Shown here: positions 14,552-28,564 of the stretch, one piece after another | Numbering within the stretch: position 1 is the first letter of the stretch | How the letters are laid out: each line of letters begins with the position of its first letter | From: Sphagnum compactum | Taxonomy: Eukaryota | NCBI GenBank assembly: GCA_965153455.1 | Contig: OZ234493.1 | Coordinates: 31,486,213 to 31,550,212 of the forward strand | Direction of reading: 5' to 3' | Length of the DNA stretch: 64,000 bases | Made by a program: the position numbers and the translations under genes | The notes under the pieces: model-generated | Told to the model about the DNA's origin: nothing | The model's input: the letters and a program-made list of their open reading frames with translations, nothing else | The model's database searches: none

Positions 14552-15956
14552 CTATGTGTGAAGCCAGACTCTGTCTCGGAGCCGTTGAGGACCAGCTCCA
14601 TAGAACTCATCCACCTTGTCACCATCACGGTAGAATCGAAAAGTGGGTGTGTAGCGAACATCTTGAGTTGTCTCTGGGCACTTGTCGACATCAGCATAGA
14701 TGAACAGTGCACCTGCATGATCATTGCTCAGGTTACAAAATGTTGGCAGCATTTTTCGACATGCATGGCACCTGATAGATACAAACAGAAGGATCTTTCA
14801 GAAGTGCAGCCATTTGTTTTTGCACATCATGCATGATGGGCACCACCTGTCAATGTTAAATATCCTTTCCAGCATGCATTGTACATACGGAATATAGATA
14901 CACAAATGACTACTGAATGATCTTGTAAATCTGTGAACAGCTCAACACTCAGCAGAGCCTGCTCTGTATGATTGTGTGTTTTGTGGCCATAATAATGAAC
15001 CTTGCTTGAAGAACTGGCTACTACATGCGCCATTTGAAATCTGCAAACCATCAATATGTTTGTTTCTGTTTTACAAGCAGCATCATTGAGCATGCAGTCA
15101 TGCTTTGCAGCTTCAGTTTCAAGACAACTATTGTTTGATGATGGTACAATTGGGAAGAAGAAACGATGGGGACACGTACCAAGGGGCTCCATAATTCACC
15201 ACAGCCTGCAGCAACATAATTATGCCAGTCCATCTCAATACATGAATGAAGAAAGTAGGTCAGCAAAATGACTTCTTTTATCTTTTACACTACTATTACT
15301 ACTGAAAGATGCAACTCCAATAACACCCCCCCTCTCTCCAAAGACACAAACAAACCTTCCTCCTTTTTATGCTGAATGAAAACAGTAAGCAGCCAATAAT
15401 CAAGATTGGATTGACATTCTTGAAGAGAAAGCACCAACAAAAAGAACCAGTAAACTACATGCCATAACAATTGAAAAAAATGGGAAAAAAATCGAAGTCT
15501 AATCCAGATTCAACGTAGCGTTAGAAATCCTCAAACTCAGACGCACATATGACAGAGAGGCAGAACCCTCGATTGGCACGCACACCCACCCAGCTCTTCA
15601 TTTCTTCTTCCAATTGATTTCTATGCATTATTATGTTGCATGCAACCTGCTGCTGCTGAAGATGATGATGATTTGCACACATATCCAACACCATGTTCAC
15701 AAGAACCTCCACTTTGTCTGTAAGATGGACATGAGACTCAAACCCTAGGATATTACTACTGGACTTGATGCTGAGCAAATAGAGAAAAAAACCTTACAGT
15801 ACGCTTGGAAGCTTTGGCTTGTTGAAGGAGATTCAAGAGCTCATCATCATTATGAGCACTGGCCAGATTGCCATGGAAATTGACAGGTAAGGATGAGTCT
15901 TCCAGGCCCTTCTCTCCTCCCATGCTGCTGCTGCTGCTCTCTGTGCCTTCTCCCAT
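14552..15956 (-). CDS. Thioredoxin-like 3-3 homolog, 134 aa, WCHAC active site; exons 15956-15798, 15205-15180, 14771-14552
   Basis: Spliced product MGEG..LPVNFHGNLASAHNDDELLNLLQQAKASKRT|AVVNYGAPW|CHACRKMLPTFCNLSNDHAGALFIYADVDKCPETTQDVRYTPTFRFYRDGDKVDEFYGAGPQRLRDRVWLHT. Both introns are canonical GT-AG and the frame is maintained. Confidence 0.9.
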
Positions 15957-18544
15957 CAGTATGTTCCCCTACCCACCTCTTCTTCCTTTCTCCAGCAAAA
16001 AAAAAATTCAAAGAAAAAAACATGGATGATGGAAGCAGATAAAGTCTTGGGTCCCGCCCCACTCCGGCCCTTCTATGGTCTCCCTTCTAAAAAGACCCAC
16101 CTTACAAAGCTCCAAAACTCTTCAAACTAATGCCATATAAGCTCAAATTCCAAGCGATCACTTGGAACTCAAGATGCAACCCATTGCAGAAGATTGTTTG
16201 CTGCAATACGAGCTCCACAAATTCACAATGCTTACGCAAAATCCCACTCTTTTTGCTTTCATCATCGTCGTCGTCGTCGTCGTCTTCTTCTTCGTCTTCT
16301 TCTTCCTCCCCTGTTTTTTGAAGCTTGACCTAATTACAATTTAGCAGCTAGTGCTGTGGTTAAGCCCCATGGTTTGAACGGGGCACCCGGGTTAAAAGTT
16401 GAAACCAGTGTTAGGCAATTCTTCAAATTTTATGATCAAATCATGTATCAAACAAAGGTGGTTTTTATTGTTTATTATTTATTTATTATTATATATATAA
16501 TTTAATTTTAAACATTCTTTTTACCCTGGGTTTGCACTATTTTATTTATTTTATTTATTTACTTTTTTAAAAAAATTATGGGACAAGAGTTTCAAATTGG
16601 ATTTTGTTTAGTCAATTCCCAAGGGAAAAAATAAAATGAAACTTGTCTTTTCAGATTTGTTTCCTTTCTAAGTTTTAAAAAAAAAATTCAACACCAAAGA
16701 CATGAATTTTAATACCTTTTGCACCAATTTGCATCTTTTTTTTTCTTTTTAAAAAAAAATGTATTCAAATTTGAATTCCATTCAATGTTTTTGAATTAAA
16801 TATAGAGATTTCAATTCAAGTTGCATGCTTCAATATTTTTATTCAAATGGAACTTGGTTTTTGACACAAAATGAATTCATGTTTTTCATTAGTCGATCAT
16901 CACTCATAGTGCATAGTAATGCAAAACGCAAGTTAGTTTTAAATATTCCATGTCCAAAAAAATAATCTTAAACATTTCAAAAGATTATTTATTTCCATTC
17001 AAAAAAAAATCTTTAAAAGAAATAAATTATATATATATATGAATATTTCATCATCTCTACAAAATAATATAATTAGTGTCAAAGTTTCCAAGGTATTGTG
17101 GCATTAAAATAGGTGTTTGCTTGGATGTGCACATGTCATAACCAAAGTTGTTTTGGTGTTAAGAAAATTTTAAATATGAACCCAAAGTATACATTTAGGT
17201 ATAAAAGGACCTTACCAATAGGTTATCAAAATGACGATTTTTTTTGGAAAACATGGTTGCCAATTCTAACAAAAAACGATGTATTAAGGTTACCCAGATG
17301 TATTAGGGTTACCCAACCAATCAGGTTTAAGGTTTCGCAAAGTTTGTGTGATATTAAGGCCTGACATTATGGGTTGACTTGTAATATGAATTTCATGGTA
17401 TTAGGTTTATTGGTAACACGTATGAGTTTATGCATTCATCTTTTGGATATGGTGGTTAAAGATTGTAGCTTGGATTTGACAAGATCTCTTTGTGGCAAAA
17501 TTGTTTGAAGTTTTCCACCACCTAGAACTTGGACAAGTCTACATGAAGAAGTAAGCCTCGTTCAACTTTTCATTGGTTTTTCTGAACCTTTGTGTGTCTA
17601 CCCATTGTGTTGTGAATTTCAAGACGGTTTGTTGTTTGTTTCAATTGTGTTGTGCATTTTGGATATGGACAAACTATAAATGTTTAACTTTCTTGAAGAT
17701 GAACTTCACATTATAAGGATAGTTGGTCTAGGTTTAAAAACACTTTAAAACATTGTGTCAAAAGAATTGTTACAAGTTTAAAATGTTAACTGATGAAGAA
17801 TGTCAAGTTGAATAATAGGTGTTTTGGATGTAGTAGTTGACACAATTGACTTTGAATCAAAAGTTATGGGTTCCACATCATCATGTATCATATTCATGGG
17901 TTTTTTTGTGTTGAATTAAAGTAATGTCGAGGTCAACATGCAAACAACATAAGTCATGAGATGCATAATGTGTCATTTTTTTCATAATTTCGCAAGTTTT
18001 CATGCCTCCACCAAGTTTTGAAAAGGTTTTTTTTATCCTACAACCTTGAGCATGGTGTTACTTCTATACAAAAACATGTTATTCATGAACATGGCCTAGA
18101 ATTGTTGAAGTATGTGAACGCACAAGAATGCCCTAAAACAACATTGGCAAATGGGAGAAAACTAAGCATAGGACACTTGTAACACCTTCGACCATCACAA
18201 GTTTTTGGAAGTGTGAAGCTTTACAAAAAATCCCACCCTATTTAGATGTCATTCATTCAAGATCTTGTGTTAATGATTGTAAAAGGTTATATGCCAATGT
18301 CTAAAGGTTATCGTGGAAAGCTTTTGGTTAAGGTGGATGGTGTTCGATTTTTGTGATTCAATATAATTTCCATCTTAGAAACAACTTATTTGTGAACATC
18401 TTCCTACTCTGGTACAAAAAACTATGGATGCGTAGTGCTTCTTACCATTGGTCAATGTGCAACCCATGACAACAACTTTTGACCTTTGGATGTTAAGGTT
18501 AAGTTATGACACCTTCGCTTTGGTTGTTAATTTCATTAACTAAA

Positions 18545-21141
18545 CATTATGAGAAAATGAGATGATCTAAAATTGGCCTTGTAATTGGATTTTTGAGTTG
18601 CAATGGCTATTTGCAATTCATTGTCACCCAACATATTTTCATGGGCATGAATGCTACCAAACAAGTTACATGAGTTGCAATAGATGCAAATTCATCATAT
18701 GTGAAATTGTATACATATGCAACTCATGCAACTTAGTTATGATTATGTAGAAACAACTGCTATGTAACTTTAATACAACTAGTTTGTAATTATTAACATC
18801 ATGTTATTGTTACTTTTCATTGATCCATCAAAATTGCACATGTGGCATTATGGGGGTTTTTGGGTGAATTTTCTTTTGGAAATATTGATTTTCACCATGC
18901 ATTATTATTGTTCATTTTATATGGTTTTAGATTGTGACACATTGTTTAGTCGAAAGTTGCCACATGGCATATTAATTGAATTTTGAAAGAAAATAAATAA
19001 ATATATATATATAATATGTTTATTTATTTAAATAGTTAGGTAAGTCAATACATAAGTATAGGTAAATAAGATGGTAGGTCCTATTTACCTACCTAAGTAC
19101 ATAGGTCAAAATAGGTAATTAAGTAAAATTAGATAGGTAAGACATTTTATACATGTTTAATCTATATGCCTATTTACTTACATTACATACTTATTTACCC
19201 ACCTAAATAGGTAGGTAAAAAAGTAGGACCAACTATATAATTAATTAAATAAACAAGTAGGTAGGAAGGTAGAATTACAAGTGAGTTAAATAATAGCCAT
19301 GTAAATATTTTTATTTTATTTTATGTTTTCTTTTAGGGTTAAATATTTTAATTGCACATTAATTGCAAATTAGGTTGTGATTAAAAACAATTCTCCCACA
19401 TATTTTGTGTTCATTTTAATTTTGTAAATTGTATAACTAAATAGGTAATTATTTGATAATCATATATGACTTAATATTATTATTTTAAAATTTTAATTAT
19501 TAATAAATTATTAAAAATCATTATTAGGTATCTAAATCATATATATATATATATGAAATTTTAATTAATTAGTAATTATTTGAATTAAATATTTTTATTA
19601 TTCAGTTTAATTTTTTTAATTAAGTGGTTACTTGATTATTTTATTCAATTAATAAAATAATATAAATAATTAAATTTATTATTTCAGATGTATTATTATT
19701 TAATATTCAGTAAAAATTAAAAATTAAAAATTAAAATATTTATTAAAAATTGAACAAAAATCACAAAATAGTGGAAAAATAATAGTTCCATAATGGCAAC
19801 ATAGTGACAATATAGTGGCATAACTAGTTGTTGTAACCCTAGCCTTGGGCTCGTGACCAAGGCAAGGGCTTGCGAAGGTGCGGGCCAAGAGGGAAGCCCG
19901 GGAATCACATTTCATGCTCCCAAGAGTGTAGGAAAATGTGAGGGAATGAACATCCACACTTCCAAGTGAGCTTCCACTTTGGGAGTTATAGTCCTGATGG
20001 ACTCCCGAATTTTTAAAAAGTGATTGTAGGGGTCAAAACTCATTGAATTGAAGAGTGCGTTATATCATTGGAAAACTATTGTAACGTAGATGTCTAAAAT
20101 GGGATCGCATGACCCATTTGGGTACTTAAAACACAAGTTATGGCCAAAAGAAGGGCCGGGAATCAAATTGTCAATTTGACTCTCGACCACTAAAAGTTGA
20201 GAATTTCCCTGATTTCCTTACGTAAAGGTGGCGTGCCATATATTTTTGGAAAGTTCTTAATGAGAGCTAAAACTTTGCTTTAAACCTCACCTCAATCGGA
20301 GGTCTTCACACAAAGTTATATGCCTCCAAAGTCGCAGGAGTCCCAATTTTGAGAATTTCGGGACTCCCATTTGGGAGTCCCGGGACAAAACGACATTTAG
20401 GTCCTGGCCCCGTGACCAAGCACAGATAATACTATAAGGGGGAAGGTGGTGGCTTCCCCCAAGTTTAGGCCGTGGTGAGTCTTGTGAATCCGTGTTTGCC
20501 CGTGGCTCGTCCGTGCACCAAAAGTGTTCCAGCTACACAGTAACAAACTTGTTGTTTGGTTTGTGTAGGTCCATGTGAATAATTGCCTTGCTTGTCAATC
20601 TTCCTAGTCCCCATCGCAGAACTCCAACATGCCCCTCTACCCCCGAAGTGTTGCGAGCCAGGGAGCGTGCCCCAATTCCTTCCCCTTCCATTATCTTCAC
20701 CTTTGGATTCGCAATTGAATCCATCAAGGAGCTTGGGGTGCATCATTAATTATAAAAATCATATCTAACATGTAGTGGAAATGCATACACGTGGCATGAT
20801 TGTATGTGTCAATGCCATACACCAATTACAATGCAATTGTTAATTGGGTGTCATGTTTATAATAATTGTAATGTAGTTGTCACATGTAACTAAAGTGTAA
20901 TTTGCCAAAAAATCAAACATGATTGACTACGTCTATATGTGTGATGTGTACATTACACTGTAAAGGTGTACCATTTGCAATTAAGTTGCAATTATAATAC
21001 AACTTTTAATTTCTAATGTGGCATTTTATTTATTAATTGGTGATATTTCCATGCTTTAATTGTAATGTAGTTATATATTAGTTGTTTCGAAACTCTAGTT
21101 GTGGGGTAGTGTGGTTTTGATGAACAAGATTTCTCATAATG
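18545..21141. mobile_element. Non-autonomous CACTA-like element inserted in the hAT transposase
   Basis: Perfect 12-bp TIRs, CATTATGAGAAA (18545) and TTTCTCATAATG (ends 21141), flanked by aaa and aat. Subterminal regions are rich in TTGCAA/GCAAC motifs. The hAT reading frame is broken at these boundaries. Confidence 0.75.
19829..20745. mobile_element. Solo-LTR-like element (~917 bp) nested in the CACTA-like element
   Basis: Abrupt GC-richer block inside very AT-rich sequence. Termini are TGTTG...CATCA (TG..CA). Flanks ctagt/ttaat may be a decayed 5-bp TSD. No coding capacity. Confidence 0.65.
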
Positions 21142-24100
21142 AATATTGAGTTCCTTGTCACATAATAATTGAATTGTTTAAACCCCATAATATTTTTGGT
21201 ATAGTTCTTATAGAATACATGAAGGTTCTATTGGTAAAACAACTTGACCAAAAAGGTCATAGCCTATGTTAGAAATGAAAGAATCAATCTAAATTTTTTC
21301 ATAATTGCCTCACTTTTATTATGTCTTGTGAGTTGCTATAGTTACTTCAACCATTGTTGGCTTTTGTTTTAGTAATGTTATGTCAAAAACATGTCAATAT
21401 GTTATCAATGAGGTTAAGGTTGGTGTGAACATGAAGGAAATTATCTTGAAATATGCCTAAACTACACTTCAGAAGATAAACACCTTGACAAAAAAATTTG
21501 GGAAAAATATAATTGAATAGTAGAAGGCTTGTCATGTAGCTAACATGTAGCACGTGAAATTAAAAACCCTTGTAAAAACTTGTTTCTTTTCCGAAGTCAT
21601 CATGTTCCAAGAAACCTTGGAGTATGCTAATGCAATCAACATTTGCTACATGTGAAGGAGTTCATTTTTGCAAGCTATGGTTCTTAATGGCCTTACATGG
21701 GCAATTGCCTAGGTATGTGGTAATTGAAACTTTAAATCATGTTCTTCACCAATGTTTATTGAATCAACACAATAGGTATTGTCTTAAATTTGATGCATTA
21801 TTTGTTGCTTTGTCAATCATGGGGATTATAGGGAAGGAATATGCACATCCAGTTGTTGTTGTTCCTTCACTGTAGTGCGGGGAATTTGATCAGGAGATAT
21901 ATTGACTTTTATTTAATGCATTGTTTGTTGCTTCGACAATCATGGGGATGATGACGCATGGATTACATCATGGATCACATAGACAAAAATCAAATGGTTT
22001 CATTGGTGTAACAATATGATGATTTGATTTTGTTGCATTTGTTGAAGAATAATGTGGGTTTTCTAAATCCAAGTCAAATTCCAACATTTTCAATTCCTAC
22101 ATCACCTCAGGCACCTTCAAATGGCTTGTGTGGGTTAGCTATTTCATCACAAGAAGCTTTTGAAGGTCTTTTCAAAGTTAAACTTTATTTGGTTCATAGG
22201 TTTCATGTGGAGAATGCAAATGGGCTTGATTCATTAAAATGGTGGGTTAGTAATAAATCTAAATTCCCAAATGTGGGATTCTAACATTATAGATTTTGGG
22301 CATCCTAGGTTCACAAATTGAAACAAAACAAATCCTTTTATGGCAGGTGTTTTCGCTAGCCTACAACAACGCCATCTTAGGGTTGATAATCTTCACAAAC
22401 TTATAATGATTTACAAGAATCAGCCTAACAATACACAAAGTGATTGCAACCTTGTTGATGGACAAAAATTGGTTGAGTTTGTTGCGATTGAGGAGACCTT
22501 GCTAGAAGAAAATGAAGACATGCTAAGAAAACAAGATATTTTAAAAAATGAATATGAAGTTTGAAACTATAAGACTTGTAGATTTGAGTTCCAAATCCAT
22601 TACGCTTTGTATTTAGATTTTGTAATTGTAGCATTGTGAACTTTAACACTTCACACACTTGTAATTCTTGCTAGATGAGATGTTTGTATGTGGAATATTA
22701 CTTGTATTATCTCTTGTTCTATGATTCTACCCATCCTAACACTCTTTTATCTTTATTGGACCTAAAAAGAAAAGCATTTCTGCACGTTGAAAACCCTAAA
22801 TCCAATACTTGGATTTGAGTTGTTATTTATGTAAAATACATTTTGACATGCCCAATTCATATTGCTATTGTTAATTTACCTACAACCAAATATTGATACC
22901 AAAAGGATACTAAAAAAGTTGAATTAATTTAAAAAAAAAAACCTTACCCAAATTTATAAACTTGATACCAAGAATTGTCTAATATCTCCAAAACCTAATA
23001 CCAAAACAACTATGGTCACAACCCTTGCAAATTGTGAGGCCCCTCAGTCCACTTATGGTCCTATTGCAAAGCCTTCTTAGAGACAATGTGCATGTTTGTC
23101 ATGTGAAAAGTGATTGAATTAAAGTGACTTTTATTGTCTTTAAAAATTAATTTTAAATTCAAAAAGATTTTTCACAAATAACTCTGAAATTAATTAAACC
23201 CATTTTCAACCAGAACATAATATTGGGAATGGGTGACCTTGAAAAGAACAAAACAAGGGCTGTGTCCTCACACTGTGGCCTTGCCATTTGCATTAAAAGG
23301 TATCTTAAGGCAAAAGAAGAATTATGGAAACTCGAATACTTCACCATGCAAAAATATATAATCTTCAAAAAATCCTCTAAAAGAAATAAAAAATCCTTCA
23401 AGATATTATAACTGTATTATAACTAATCTCAAGTTTCAACACAAGCCAAAAAATCATCTTTCAAAAATCCTCATATAAAAATAGACCTATTATTATTACC
23501 TAGGGGCCAAAATCTCTAGTTTAATCCCAGAAAGCCAAAATCCCAGAAAGGTTTAGCCAAATTTGGTTACAAGCTGAATATGCAAGTAAAATTTTAGAAC
23601 ATTCTTGTAAGGTAAACTGGTCCATCATTCATTGCCTGCTTATGATTGAACACTTTGGCAGATCTTTCTCAATTCTTCTTCATTTTGAGTGATTTAAAAT
23701 GTTATAGGAGCACCTTCTCAAGCTCTACAAATCATCTTTCAAATGCAGAGCACAAGGACCGACCACCAGCCAAAAAAGAGCAGTAAAGAAAATACGTTTT
23801 TTCAAATTGCAAAACACTTTTTTTTTTTCATTTTTCTTCATTTTGACCTCTTCTACTTTCAAACCTCATAACTTTTTAAAATTTTAAATTTATTTTAAAT
23901 AATTTAAAGTGCTATAGGAGCGCCACCTGAAGTTCTACAAAATCTGGCGATTTTTCTTGAATTTTAATAAATTTTAATATGAATTTTTGGCTATATATAG
24001 CCAGCAGCAAAAAAGAAAAAGACTGGCTCTAGAATACCTGCTACACTGAATTTTGGCCATGTCAGATGCAAAAAGGGCAGAAGGGGGAATGAAAAAAAAA

Positions 24101-24543
24101 AAGGAGAAGAAGAGTAGAGAAGAAAGAAACGAAAGATGTGCAGCGTTTGCGATGGCTATTTTGTGCTGCAAGCTTGCAATCTGCCGCCAGTTCTGAGCAG
24201 ATGTATTGATAGACAGCACAAGGTGAGGCGTTAGGGAGGGGGGATCCAACCCATCTGCGAGCGAGAAGATGGTTTGCATCCTTGTTTCATGTTGAAAAAG
24301 TTTTTGTATCTTCAATGGATCTGTGTGCAAGACATTAGGGTTTTAGCTGTTACGAAGTTTTCGACGACATCGCAGTTTTGTAAGAAGAGAAGGAGGACCG
24401 GGAGGAAGGGAGAGAGGGAGGTCAGAGAGTCTGGATTCAGAGTTAGCTTACGCGTGTGGAGAGAGAGAGAGAGAGAGTTAAGGCAGGTGGGGCTTTTAGG
24501 TCCTTGGAAACTGAATTAGGTCAAGAGGGAGGGAGAAAAAGAG

Positions 24544-27500
24544 ATGTACCAATGGAGGAAGTTCCAATTCTTCGAGGAGAAGAAGGCGACGGTGGCGGAG
24601 GAGCTGAAGGAGAAAGTGGTGTGCAGCACAAGTGGGCGTGGCCAGATCGTTGTGGGTGCAGAAGATGGTATGCTTCATGTACTGGATCGTGGTCTCAAAC
24701 TGAATTACAGTTTCCAAGCTCACACTGTGAGCGTCCGTTATATCCAGCAGCTCAAGGTATGTATGATGTAATCTCCTTCTCCCTCCCCCCCCCTGCTGCT
24801 TTGAAATCCATGGATCTGAAGGCAAACCCCAATTGCGAAATTTTGCACTAGAGCAATCGAATCCTCTCTGCAATGCTTGTAAAATCTGTGAAACTCTGGT
24901 TGTGTGTGTGTGCAGCAACGGCATATGCTGATATCGGTAGGTGAGGAAGAGACTGCCTCACCCAAGGTTTCTGCCATGACCCTAAAGATGTGGGATCTCG
25001 ACAAAATCCAGGCTGAAGGTTCCAGCACTAATGTCCCTACCTGCATACGCTCGATTCGCATATTTACAAACAAGTACCCAGAATCCCAGGTTTGTTTCCT
25101 CGTCTTGTGAGCTTCCCCACTGCAAATGCTGATTTGGTCTTTGTCCAGATTGCAAGTGAGGAGGCAGAAAGAGGCCACTGCAAAGAGGGATTTCAGCGAC
25201 TTCAGGAAGGCAGTGTACTTGAGAGATTTGAGGCTAACCCTATGAAGTTGTGGAGGGGAAAATACACAGATAGGAAGGCAGAATGAAGCAACATCTGGAT
25301 TTTTTTTCCTCATTTTTTCCTGATGCTTTGCACATGTTGTCAGCTTGCAAATTGGTAATATTGAGCTTCATCATCCCTGGGCATTTTTCAGATCACAGCG
25401 TTTGTAGTGTATGAAGAGACTCCACCTGTACTCCTGGTGTGCATCGGTCTCGACACAGGATACATATATTGTATGCGTGGAGACATTGCCCGTGAGCGCA
25501 TCAGTAGAGTGAGACTCACTGTAGATCCTTCCAGTAGTGATAGCCAGCAGCCACCTACTGCTGCCTCCCCTGTGACTGGTCTTGGGTTCCGTGCAGAGGG
25601 GTCACTCCTCCAGCTTTTTGCTGTGAGCACGTCTTCGATCAACTTGTTCGATATGCATGAGCAGCCACCACAAAAGCATGTCCTTGATCAGCTTGGTGCT
25701 GAAGGACAATGTGTTGCTATGAGTGACAATCAGGTCAGTTTTAAAAACCAGGTCTGTGCCTGATGTTGTGTCTGAAGGGCTTTCGATTTTATGTGTCTTC
25801 TTCAGTACATGCATTTCAGATGGTTGATTGAGCTCTCATGCATCAACATACTGACATCACACTGTTGGTGTGTGGGTAGGACCTTGTGGTGGGGCGGACA
25901 GAGGCAGTGTATTTCTATGAAGTTGATGGTCGGGGACCCTGTTGGGCCTTTGAGGGAGAGAAACAGTTCATTGCTTGGTTCCGTGGGTACCTACTTGTGG
26001 TCACCTCTGATGTGCGCCGCCTCAACAAGAATGTCCTCAACATCTATGATTTGAAGAACAAGTTCATTGCATTCAGTACACCAATTGGAGAAGTTGGACA
26101 CATTCTGTGCGAGTGGGGCACTGTCACGTTACTTACTCAGGACCAACAGGTTCTCTACATCGGAGAGAAGGATATGGGAAGCAAACTTGACATGCTGTTT
26201 CGCAAGAACCTCTACACCATCGCTATTAATCTGGTCAGTGCAAACTGTGATTCTTTTTCCTTTCAGGATGTTTTGTGTGCACATCTTGCTCTGATGGTAG
26301 CTTAAATATCTCAGGGCGCAATGGTATTGTCATCCTCTTTGGTGTTGTGGTGTAGTTGTGATTTTTTAATTTATTTTTTGGGTAATGGAATTTGTTACCC
26401 TGGGGTATATCAGGTGCAGAGTCAACAATCAGATGCAGCAGCAACTGCCGAGGTAATGCGGAAGTATGGAGACCATTTGTATGGCAAACATGACTATGAT
26501 GAAGCCATGGCTCAGTATATTCGGACAATTGGGCAGCTGGAACCTTCGTATGTAATCCAGAAGTTTCTTGATGCGCAGCGCATACACAACTTGACCCACT
26601 ATCTGGAGAAATTGCATGAAAAGGGACTGGCAACTGCGGACCATACCACTCTTCTTCTAAATTGCTACACAAAGCTTAAAGATGTTGAGAAACTGGATAA
26701 TTTCATCAAAGGAGAAGAAGGAAAAGAGGGGGAGCCCCGCTTTGATGTGGAGACAGCAGTTAGGGTTTGCCGAGCCGCAGGGTACTATCAACATGCACTT
26801 TTTGTCGCAATGCGAGCTGGGGAGCATGAGTGGTACTTGAAGATTTTGCTGGAAGATTTGGGGCGGTATGAAGAGGCTCTGCATTACATCACAGGGCTTT
26901 CACAATATGAATCAACAATCACATTGAAGCAATATGGCAAAGTGCTTGTAGAGCACAAGCCTGCTGAAACAACGGCAGCACTCCTAAAGCTTTGTACAAC
27001 TAAGGGAGAGAGTAGCAAGTCGGCCTTAGCAAATGGGAGTGAGAACATGAGTAAGAGGTTACCAAGCTTGCTGCCTTCCCCAATTGAATTTGTCCACCTT
27101 TTTATTGATCAACCAAAATGGTTGATGGTATTCTTGGAGCAATATATCGATGCCGTGAAGACATCACCCTATCATGTAGAAATCCATAACACATTGCTCG
27201 AGCTCTATCTTTCTGAAGATATGCGTGTCCCTGCACCACCTGAAGAGCCCAGCCACAGTGAAGATTCTAGCTCCCAAACTGAGGAGAAGGAGGCTGATGT
27301 TTTGCTTCAGGATTCACAGCACCATGATTCATTAATCCTTGCAGCTGGAGGTCAGGTGATTGCAGCTGGGGGTCAAGTGATTGCAGCTGGAGGTCAAGTG
27401 ATCAAGGCTGTAGGAAAGATAGGAGGTCTTGTATTGCCTGTTCGAAGCTGGAACAAAGAGAAAGCTGTGGTCTCAGATGGGCCTTCTGAATCAGTTCCTT

Positions 27501-28564
27501 CTGAGGTAGAGAGAATAGAGAAAATGGAGGTGGTGCCAACTGAAGACAGGACCCAGAGACTAGCCAAGGCCTTGGCATTGTTGAAAAGTGGTTGGGGTCC
27601 GCACGAGCAGAATCCTGGCTATGATAAGGATCTTGCCCTTGTACTCTGCCAGATGCACAAATTCCGGGATGGGCTATTGTTCTTGTATGAGAAGATGAAG
27701 CTTTACAAAGAAGTTCTGGCTTGCTACATGAAGGATGGTGACTATGCAGGGCTCATTTCAACCTGCAAACGTCTTGGAGATGCAGGGCCAGGCAGTGATC
27801 TGTCACTATGGAATGATGTGCTGGCTTATTTTGGTGAGCGAGGTGAGAATTGTGCCAATGAAGTGAAGGAAGTGTTGGTTCATATTGAGCGTGACAATTT
27901 GCTTCCCCCTCTTATTGTCCTGCAAAAGCTAGCAAAGAATCCAGCGCTCACACTTTCAGTTGTTAAAGAGTATATTGCACGCCAGCTCCAGCTCGAAACT
28001 CGCTTGCTTGATGAAGATCGCAAAGCCATTGAGAAATATCAGGTAAGTGATATTCTCAAGTCTTGGGAATCTCTGTATGGATTGCAGATTTGTCTGCCTA
28101 TGCTCTTGTTGTGGGGTTCAGGAAGAAAGCCTTTCTGAAATTGTTCTTTTGACTTCTGTGGTTACTTTCCGTAGGAAGAAACTGCCACCATGCGCGCTGA
28201 GGTCCAGGAGCTGCGGTCTCGTGCTCGAATCTTCCAGCTCAGCAAATGTACTGCATGTACGTCAGCGCTTGATCTGCCAGCTGTCCATTTTCTTTGCATG
28301 CATTCATTCCACCAGCGTTGCTTGGGTGACAACGAGAAGGAGTGTCCTGTCTGTGCTCCAGCCAACCGCCATGTCCTGGATATGAAACGAAACCTTGAGG
28401 CAAATGCAAATGACCATGATAGGTTTTTCCAGTCACTGCGCAATTCAGAGGATGGGTTTTCAGTCATTGCAGAATACTTTGGTAGGGGCATCTTGAACAA
28501 AGCTCCACAAAGAGGAGGAACCCCTAGTACTCTCAGTAGGACAAGTACTTCTACTAGTGTGTAG
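24544..28564 (+). CDS. VPS11: Vacuolar protein sorting 11 (HOPS/CORVET core), 1033 aa; exons 24544-24756, 24916-25089, 25392-25733, 25880-26233, 26414-28042, 28175-28564
   Basis: N-terminus MYQWRKFQFFEEK. YFYEVDGRGPCWAFEGEK. Clathrin-repeat region KYGDHLYGK..LEPSYVIQKFLDAQRIHNLT..DHTTLLLNCYTKLKD. C-terminal RING CTAC..LPAVHFLCMHSFHQRC..ECPVC and FSVIAEYFGRG. All five introns are GT-AG, phase 0. Confidence 0.97.

Larger units (their letters stand above)
17089..23027 (+). mobile_element. Decayed hAT element split by nested insertions; outer boundaries tentative
   Basis: Transposase fragments at 18250-18543 (DLVLMIVKGYMPMS..TTFDLWM..DTFALVVNFIN) resume after 21141 (VPCHI..MSKTCQY). A hAT dimerization-domain-like segment LDSLKWWVSNKSKFPNVGF..ILGILGSQIET..AGV..LRVDNLHKLIMIYKN lies at 22225-22420. 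Possible degenerate termini at 17089 (CAAGGTATTGTGGCAT) and 23012-23027 (ATGGTCACAACCCTTG). Confidence 0.75.

Noticed and set aside
16345..16400. tRNA-like A/B box motifs (GTGGTTAAG..GGTTTGAAC)
   Set aside because: Spacing is too short and no cloverleaf can be formed.
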